DNA from: Podarcis cretensis
Taxonomy: Eukaryota
Reading direction: 5' to 3'
Assembly: GCA_951804945.1 (NCBI GenBank)
Contig: OX638151.1
Location: 81,964,001 to 82,028,000 of the forward strand
Length of the DNA: 64,000 nucleotides
The notes below the pieces were generated by a model. It saw only the letters and a list, made by a program, of their open reading frames with translations. It was not told where the DNA came from and made no database searches. Each line of letters opens with the position of its first letter. Within the stretch, counting starts at the first letter, position 1. Made by a program: the position numbers and the translations under genes. Shown piece after piece: positions 56,138-64,000 of this stretch.

Positions 56138-56639
56138 GCATAAAGCATAGGCTCATTTTTAACCCCCCACCCCAATTGCCAGTTTCAGAGGTGTGAGTAA
56201 AATTAATGAAATACATTATTTGTTACATAGTATTCCAAGTTCTTCACAGGAAAATGTAGGTGTATACAGTCTCAGTGGGTAGGGGCACAAACTGTAGGAG
56301 GGCACATTTCAACTGAGCATTAGGAGAAACATATCGACAACAAAATCAGTCCAGCAGTGGAACCGATTTCCTAGAGGTAGGAGCTTTAAGGGGAGGCTGA
56401 ACAGCCATCTGTTGCAGATGCTCTAGTTCTGGCTTTCTGTACTGAGCAGGAGGTTGGATTAGACAGCTTACAAGTGCCCATCCACTTCTTTAAGTCTTTC
56501 CACTTGAGACAGCAGCACTGAATTGATCAGAAGTGGAAAGAGAATGTCCTTATCTGCTCTCAGTTGTGGCGTCTGTGGGTGGTATTCGGCTAAGTTTTAC
56601 TCAGAGCAGGCCTATTGAAAATGCAGTCTCAGACAGTGG

Positions 56640-57100
56640 AGGTAGAACACAACACTTGTGGCTAGTAGCCTTGTCCTTAAACACCTTTTAAAAGCATCCA
56701 AATTGGTGGCTATCACTGTTCCTTGCGGGAGTAAATTCCACAATTTAACTATGCTTTGTTTGAAGAAGTACTTTCTTTTGTCTGTCCTGAAACGTTAAGC
56801 ATTTGGCTTCATTGAATGTTCCTGTGTTCTTAGTCTTATGTGAAAGGGAGAACAATTTTCTCTGCCCGCTTTCCCCCCACCCCATGCATGCTTTTCTACA
56901 TCTCTGCCACGTCTCCTTTTACTTGCCTTTCCTTGAACTAAAAAGCCCTACCTGATGTAATCTTTCCTCACCCCCTTGATCATTTTGGCTGCCTTTGCAG
57001 CTCCACAATATGCTTTTTGTAGGTGAGGTGATTACAACTGTACGCAGTATTCCAAGTGTGGTTGTACCATAGATTCGTATAATGTCATTATGATATTAGC
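56640..57100 (-). mobile_element. CR1 LINE 3' fragment
   Basis: Contains TATTCCAAGTGTGGTTGTACCATAG and CCACAATTTAACTATGC...GAAGAAGTACTTTCTTTTGTCTGTCCTGAA, which is reverse-homologous to the fragment at 62600-62950. Confidence 0.7.
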
Positions 57101-60100
57101 ACCAAGGACCTTTGTGTTAAGGCACTCTAGAACTGCTGATTGTCAGATAAATTGGTACTGAGCAAGTGGACAGATAATCTGACCTGGTACAAGGCAGCCT
57201 TCTTGTGTTTAAATGATTAGTGGTTTCTTAATGATCTAAAATGGGGAGATGGCATGTGTGTAGCCTCTGTGGCATGGTTCTGTTTTAAACACAGAACTGG
57301 GGTATAGTGTGTGTACATTTTCCTTTGTTAGAAGGAGAGGTTTGCTACCCAAATGCCTGTTCATGGTAGTTGTTACTCTCCCCAGATGAGCAGACAAGTG
57401 ATACATTGCATAGTTCTATTATAGAGATTAAGTTGGGGTTGATAGGAACATCATTTCTTGGAGGAAGAAAAGCAGTTTTCTTAGAAGCTTTCTGTTTGTT
57501 CAAAAGGGTGTGTTTGTTTGTTTTATTGGTGTATGTGTTTCTGTTAGCTATTGGTGTAGGTTTCTGTTAGTATATAACAAAACAAAACCCACAAAAAACT
57601 AATTCAGAAATATACAACAAGCATGTTTTTAAAATTACCCATAGAGCAAAGTACTTTATTGGGCTCATATCTATTATGTGTTCATGTTGGGATATTGCAC
57701 TGTTATTTCTGCAGCACACAGTGGCTAAAACTGCACATTCAGTTATAGTGCAGAAAGGCCTTGCTACTCGATAAGCAATTTGCAGTGAAACTGGGTATTG
57801 TTACCTGGTTCTAAAACAGTTCATAACAGATACTTGTTTTAAATGTAATTTTCAGTGATGGGCTGTAAACTTTTGATGTTAGGATACAGGGAACATATAG
57901 TGCTTCACATTGTTTATTTTATGCTGCATAAATCAAGACATATTTTTGAGATGGTTCACAAGGCTGACATTAAGTTACATCTTGCCTTAATATTTTTACT
58001 TCTTTTTCTTGAATATTAGCATATTAAAAACTTCACATCTGGTAGGTTTTCTGCAAACATTGCTAAGGGAAAATAGGTGATACTTCTGCAGGTAGAGTCA
58101 AGTATAACTGAGAAGTGCTGGAGAATTTTAAATATCATTATGACACTATTCCATTTGTTCTATGCATTAGACCTTATTTTATTATACCCCGCCTTTTTCC
58201 CTGATGGACCAAAGCACCAACGGTGAAATAATTAAGTCTCTAAAAATGTTTTCAGCAGATGACCAAACATCATTATAGGTGCCTGTCTAATTTAAAAAGG
58301 AACATTGTTAAAAAGTACTTGCTGAAACCATCTAGTTCTTTCCTTCTGAGGTGAATTAATTAAACTAGTTGAGTTTTTGCTTGCCTTTATAGAGAGACTT
58401 GGTGGAAGTGGGGGAAACTGAAGAGCTGGATTAATGTATTTACATTAAAGGAAATACAATTGGATAAGTAAATGTCAGACCATACGGGCCCTGAGTAATA
58501 TGAAGCAAAAAACGGAAATAAGCCAGCAAATCTTTCACTTCTGAAATACTGAGAATTAAGTAGGAACTGTAAAGGACATAACTATTTGCTTTAATTAGTT
58601 ATTGTCTTGAATAACAAAACCAATACAAACAAAGACATCTAAATCTGACACTTGTATTTTAATTTAGGCTCAAGATTAAAAAAAATGAGCTGGTTATAAT
58701 CAATAACTTTGTACTTTTAATATATTTTTAAATTGGCCACTAGATGGAGATATTGCCACAGGAATAATATTCTTAAGCGGTTTTGTATTAAAAAAAACCA
58801 TACTGCAGATATAATAACTTAAGTAATAAATCTAATACTTCAGGAATTTTCTTGTAGCTGATTGCTGATCGTTTTAATAACAAAGTGCAATGTGGTCTTA
58901 AAATGCAAGCTATTGTTGAAGGTTCCCTAAAACACAGGGAGAGCCCTGTTGGATCAGACCAAGGACTCCCCTCGTTCAGCATCTCATACCTATGTATGAG
59001 ATGTGCCTATGAGAAGCCTTCAAATGAGACATGAAGCCTTTCTCCCAGTCACTGGTATTCAGAGGCATGTTGTCTCTGAACCACGAGGTTCTGTTTAACT
59101 TCTCATAGATAGTATCTTTCGACCCCATCTGTACTCTATGAATTTTCCTGATGCCCACTTAAAGCCATCTAAGCCGGTGACTGACATTACATCTTGTGAA
59201 TCCCATAAGATAATCATGTGTTGATTGAATATGTTATTTCTTTGCCTGCCCTGATATTCTAGTCAGTAACATTAAGTGAAGAATCTTTGTCTATTTGTTT
59301 GATAGCAAGTAAAGAGATGTGATCTCCCTTCCCCTCCCCACACCGCCAGGTTTTGGATCGCTAAATTCTTTATAGTCCTTTCTTTGGTTCCTACAAATAT
59401 TTGTGTCAGAGAAATGGAATACTTGCCCCTGTTAATCAGTACAGTAATTGGTATTAAGCTGCTTCCGTGCAGGCTACTGATATGGATGAGTATTAGTAAT
59501 GAGATTTTATCAGAATTCATGTTATAAGAATGGGAATCTTTTGATGGAGGTAATTCAAAGGAAGACAAAAAACTGACATTCTGTAATATGCAAAAGCACT
59601 CTTCCTTTTAGCTCAGGCACATTTATTTGCCTAATATTTTGAAACAGAAGAATAATGTTGGATTCTGGAAAAACTGTGGTTAGAAATACTGCTTAAAATG
59701 TGTCCAGTTACAGATCATAGCACTACTGTGGGTGCTTGTGCAAAGGACAAAGAAAGATGTAGCTGGATATAGCTGCTGTGGCCAGGGTAATTTGAGGAAG
59801 TTTGAGTAAAACAGTTTGGAAGACCTAATGGGTTGGGATTGGACACTGTGACCTTGGCAAGTGCCTTGTACCAAATGAGAGCAGAGTTCAAAGTTCTCTC
59901 TCTCACTTTTCCTGAAAAATGAAAGATTGACATCTTTGGTGGGAAGGAAAGAAAAGCATCTTCAGAATAATGTAGGGCCTGGTTCTTGCATCAAGGAAGC
60001 TCAAAGCCATCCTTCTTGGGAGAACTGCATTCAGGAGTAATAGGTTGCACTTCTGCCTTCAGCCCCTGGCTGAAAGTAGAACGTAAAGAAATGAAATGCT

Positions 60101-60322
60101 TGTTTACTCATGGAAGCATTTATAGCCTACCTAATCTAGCTTCCGCTCTGATTTCTTCCAGCACAGAGTTGCTGTTCCAGATATGTGGCAGGGGGAGAGA
60201 AATGTAGCAGTCAACTGACCCCACCCTGAAGGGAGAAACTGTTTGAGGGCTAACTGTGTCAGAAAAGAAATATTGGTGCTTTAAAATAGTCTCTGTAACT
60301 GCAATTAATTTTTGTTTTTTAG

Positions 60323-60398
60323 GTGTTCATTGTACACATGGTTTCAATCGTACTGGTTTTCTTATCTGTGCCTTTCTGGTTGAGAAGTTGGACTGGAG
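60323..60398 (+). CDS. RNGTT: RNGTT coding exon 5 ([26 protein letters not shown]), RNA triphosphatase active site
   Basis: TTTTAG acceptor and AG|GTAACT donor, 76 nt, with the HCxxxxxR P-loop HCTHGFNR. Later exons are beyond the window. Confidence 0.96.
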
Positions 60399-60659
60399 GT
60401 AACTTTATACTTTTTTAAAATTTAAAAATGGATTGTCTGTAAACATTGCATTGTTTTATGGGTGGGCTGGTTGCTGTAATTTGTAGCTTAATCTATTATA
60501 GCACCCTTATCTTTTTAGTATACAAGTTTCAGGAATGCTGATGATAATATTAGATGATGTTTTCCAATATCTCTTTCATTAATGTGGCAAATGTGGAATA
60601 GTAGTTGATAGATTGTAGTATTGCCAGGGAGGAGTTAGTTGACTGCAACTTAAGAAGAA

Positions 60660-60800
60660 GGAAGTTTTTAATGTTTGAAGTTTTATTCTGTTTTAGTGTT
60701 CTGTTGGGAGCCACCTAGAGTGTCTGGGGAAACCCAGCCAGATGGGTATGGTATAAATAATAAAATTATTATTATTATTATTACTTCTACTACTACTACC
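60660..60800 (+). mobile_element. L2-like LINE 3' end with (ATT)n tail
   Basis: GAGCCACCTAGAGTGTCTGGGGAAACCCAGCCAGATGGG...TATAAATAATAAAATTATTATT, recalled as a lizard L2 terminus. Confidence 0.6.
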
Positions 60801-62599
60801 ACCCTATCCACCCTCCCCCTGCCTCTGCCTCCAGGAAAATGTGTCTTGAAATTAGGAGCTGATATGATTACAAAGTCCCCGCTGATAATAACTTGGATGT
60901 TACAGGTTTTCTAAGTAAGTGTGAGATTTTGGCCCTTTTATGTCATAAAGCAATACCAGCAGATGCGAGAGTGCTGCTAGTGGCATTCAGTAGGCACCTA
61001 GCAGGACTTCTGGAGGAATCCTTGTGAGCTGAGTGTGTGTAACTTTAACAACCAGTTTGATCTGCTGTGGTTACATGATAATGATACATGGCAATATTAC
61101 CTACAACTTATGTGCATTTCAATCTAGTATTATGACTTCCGAGGCCGTTTTGTATCATAACAAGAAACATATTTTCCTTTTTTTATTTAATTGTTTAAGA
61201 ATTATATTGATACCCCCTTTTTTCTGCAATGAAATGCTCAAATCAAGGTGGATAGTTTTCAGAGCTGCTCCACTGTGCTCCCCTCCAATAATGCAGGCAG
61301 CTGTGTTTTATGCACCTCTGGTTGCTGCTCCTTTTGTGTTCCTCCTTGGCCCTCTTTCCAGTTGGATCAAAACACATACAAACAAGTTTTTTCTCACCCA
61401 CAAAGGTGTAGTTCTAGCAGAAAGAAGAACTGTCTGGTGTCTATTGACAAACTGCCAGCCATATTAATTAAATTGGAAACAAACAATTCATTCTCTATCT
61501 CTTCCCCTTGCCTGAAGGTGGAAAATTGATACAATTGCCCCTTGAGGCAAGCTACAGGCAGTTTCAGGATTGCATCCAACACTTCTTTTTTGCTCATGCA
61601 GCAGACTGGGGGTTGGGGACCCTTTGGAGCAAATTTAGGGGGCACATGGGGAGAAGAGAGGAAGGAATAGTGCCACTGTGTGTGTGTGCAGAATGCTACT
61701 CACATGGTATTGGATACAACCCTTAGTTTTTAAACATTTTGATCCTGTAAACACCATTGCATCCTTTAGCTCCTCTTTGAATCGTGATCTTTCATATACA
61801 CATCTTGTTGAATTGGATTGTATCTTCTTTTAAGATACTCTGTTCTATGGGCTTCTATGGGCTTAAAGTTACCTAGTCTGCTGTTGATTTGCTTTGATGA
61901 AAAGTTTCAGTGGATTTTATGTATACCATGTTTCTAGTTTTAATTTTCTAGCTTTATCTTTTAGCCCTTGGGTATGTTTGTTTTGCAGCTGTGAAAAGAT
62001 TCTTCTGTTTATCAGAAAATTGTTTTTCTGTGGCTGTCCTCATAAGCTGTCCTAGTATTATTTGTGCACTGACAGGTTTTTAAGGTGTCACATTAATAAT
62101 AGTGCCTTTAAACCAGAAACATAAAAAAGCTTAACAATACCAAGTCATTTGCACTTGGCAACAACATCCAGTCCTTCCCCCCTAAAAACATGCATACAAA
62201 TACCTTTATTTTAACACAGGAGCTTTTAGCCCAAGGTCTTGCGGAAAAGAGAGGTCTTTCACTAGAATATTAAGAGCAGGAATAATTTCACTCGTCCAAA
62301 ATCACGTAAATGTTCTCATGCATTTAATTGCTAAAAAGCATGTATGTATCCTTTCCATGCTTTTACAGGATACTTTACAGTTTACAAAGTCTCTGAATAG
62401 GGCATAAGTTTGACAAAGAGTGTTGGTGTTTACAAACTTTGCCATCAAATCCAGTGACAGCAAACTTCATACGCCATCTGACTGTGCAATTGTTATTCCT
62501 AAATCGATTTGGCTAGTCTACATACCACAATGTGTCACTTATTGAATGATTAGCGATAATGTATGTTACAGACTTTTCATTTTTGTATCTATCCTTGGA

Positions 62600-62950
62600 G
62601 CTGCGTGTTGGGAAATTCAGGGCAGATAAAAGAAAAGACACTTCTTTACTCAGTGCATAGTTAAAACTGTGGAACTCTCTGCCACAGGAGGCAGTGATAG
62701 CCCCAAAGTGGGATGGCTTTAAAAAAGGATTAGACAAATTCATGGAGGAGAGGGCTATTAAAGGCTACTAGCCATGATGGCTGTGGTCTCCCTCCACTGT
62801 TGGAGGCAGCAATGCTTCTGAATACCAGTTGCTGGAAACACAGGAGAGGGCACAAATCCTGCTTGCTGGTTTCCCATAGGCATCTGATCGGCCATTATGA
62901 TAACAGAATGCTGGATTAGAGGGGCCATTGGCCTGATCCAGCAGGCTCCT
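62600..62950 (+). mobile_element. CR1 LINE 3' fragment
   Basis: TTCTTTACTCAGTGCATAGTTAAAACTGTGGAACTC...GGATTAGACAAATTCATGGAGGAG...GGCCTGATCCAGCAGG. Similar, more decayed pieces occur at about 18260-18360 and 58940-59250 on the minus strand. Confidence 0.8.
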
Positions 62951-64000
62951 CTTCTTCCTCTCTGTTACTTCATGAATCCTGAAGGTGGTTGTGACCCACT
63001 TCTTTTTGCCCACTGTCCTTTTTCATTATTGACTTTGTTGCCAAATGGCTTGCTCTGAAGTTTAAAAGGATGATGTTTGTCTTGACCCTTGCTGTGGGAT
63101 TTTGTGTGTTGAAAGCATTTTCAAGCACATACTCTTTTTAGATGTAATAGATGCATGCAGTGGTGCTGTACCTTAAATAGCTAACAAGACAAATAAAATG
63201 GAAGCATTTAAATCAGGAGGTCTGATTATTTAAAATGGCTGTTTAAAATGAATTGGAATAAATAGATATGTTTACTCAGATATAAATATATATAGAAATG
63301 TAAGTAATATAATTACAACCAGTTAATTACTGTTTTGTGAACTGCCTAGGTATTTTTTCTTGAAATGAAATGTGCTATATACTTTTAATCACAATACTGT
63401 ATTAAATGTACTTCGAGAAACAATAACCAGAAAAATAGTTTAGCTTTTCTAAATAGTAAAGGTGAGCCATATATTTCTGGAATAAGTGCTGACAAAAACC
63501 CAAACAGCATTATTCCACCAGCAGTTTGATATTATCAGCAGCACATTGAGTTGTATTCCCAACTAAGTTATACTCTTTGAAATCTCTAGACATAAGTCAA
63601 TACTAACTTAAATCCATTCATTTTATTGGGTCTACTCATTGTGTCTTTGCTGGATACAACTCATTATGGACACACATTATCCCAGGAATATACTTTTGTG
63701 TGTTGTGTGTGTTTGAGGAAAGGTCTTAGCACATCATGTTAGATAGCTTTCCTCTGGCAAATAGTTAACTAGTAATTACACTTGTTCATCTTGCCAAAGG
63801 CAAACCATTGTGGGCTAATGCAGCAGATTTAAAATACAGTTTACTAAAAAACGGGGAGCAGGGAGAGACTATTAGGAGAATTTCCTTAATGTGACAATTA
63901 TATAGAGTGGATTCATTACCATTAGAAAAGTCCCCTTTGCTGCATTGTTCTTTAAAGCTAGCAGACATTATTTACTGGTGGAAAAATGTGTTCCTTGTAG

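Overview
This is vertebrate genomic DNA, almost certainly from a squamate and probably a lacertid lizard, judging by Sauria SINEs, Bov-B tails and lizard-type MITEs. The block is syntenic with human 6q15. It holds PM20D2 (minus strand, coding exons 1-5, rest beyond the left edge), SRSF12 (plus, complete, 5 coding exons, 256 aa), PNRC1 (minus, complete, 2 exons, 286 aa), an intronless compact BORCS6/lyspersin gene (plus, 168 aa) head-to-head with PNRC1, and RNGTT (plus, exons 1-5, continuing past the right edge). I placed exon boundaries by hand from splice signals and frame continuity. Gene and repeat names come from recalled sequence similarity, not from database searches. The most interesting points are: (1) SRSF12 intron 2 is a U12 minor-spliceosome intron that appears to end in AT rather than AC, and it contains a U2-flanked, stop-containing candidate poison exon, suggesting a major/minor spliceosome switch; (2) a short BORCS6 shares a bidirectional CpG promoter with PNRC1, a location it does not have in human; (3) a six-copy tandem array is built from a Bov-B 3' tail plus its own target-site duplication. 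Also present are a solo LTR, nested MITE/SINE insertions, an Eulor-like hairpin and candidate CTCF sites. There are no prokaryotic systems or CRISPR arrays. I cannot claim a wholly new biological system from sequence alone.
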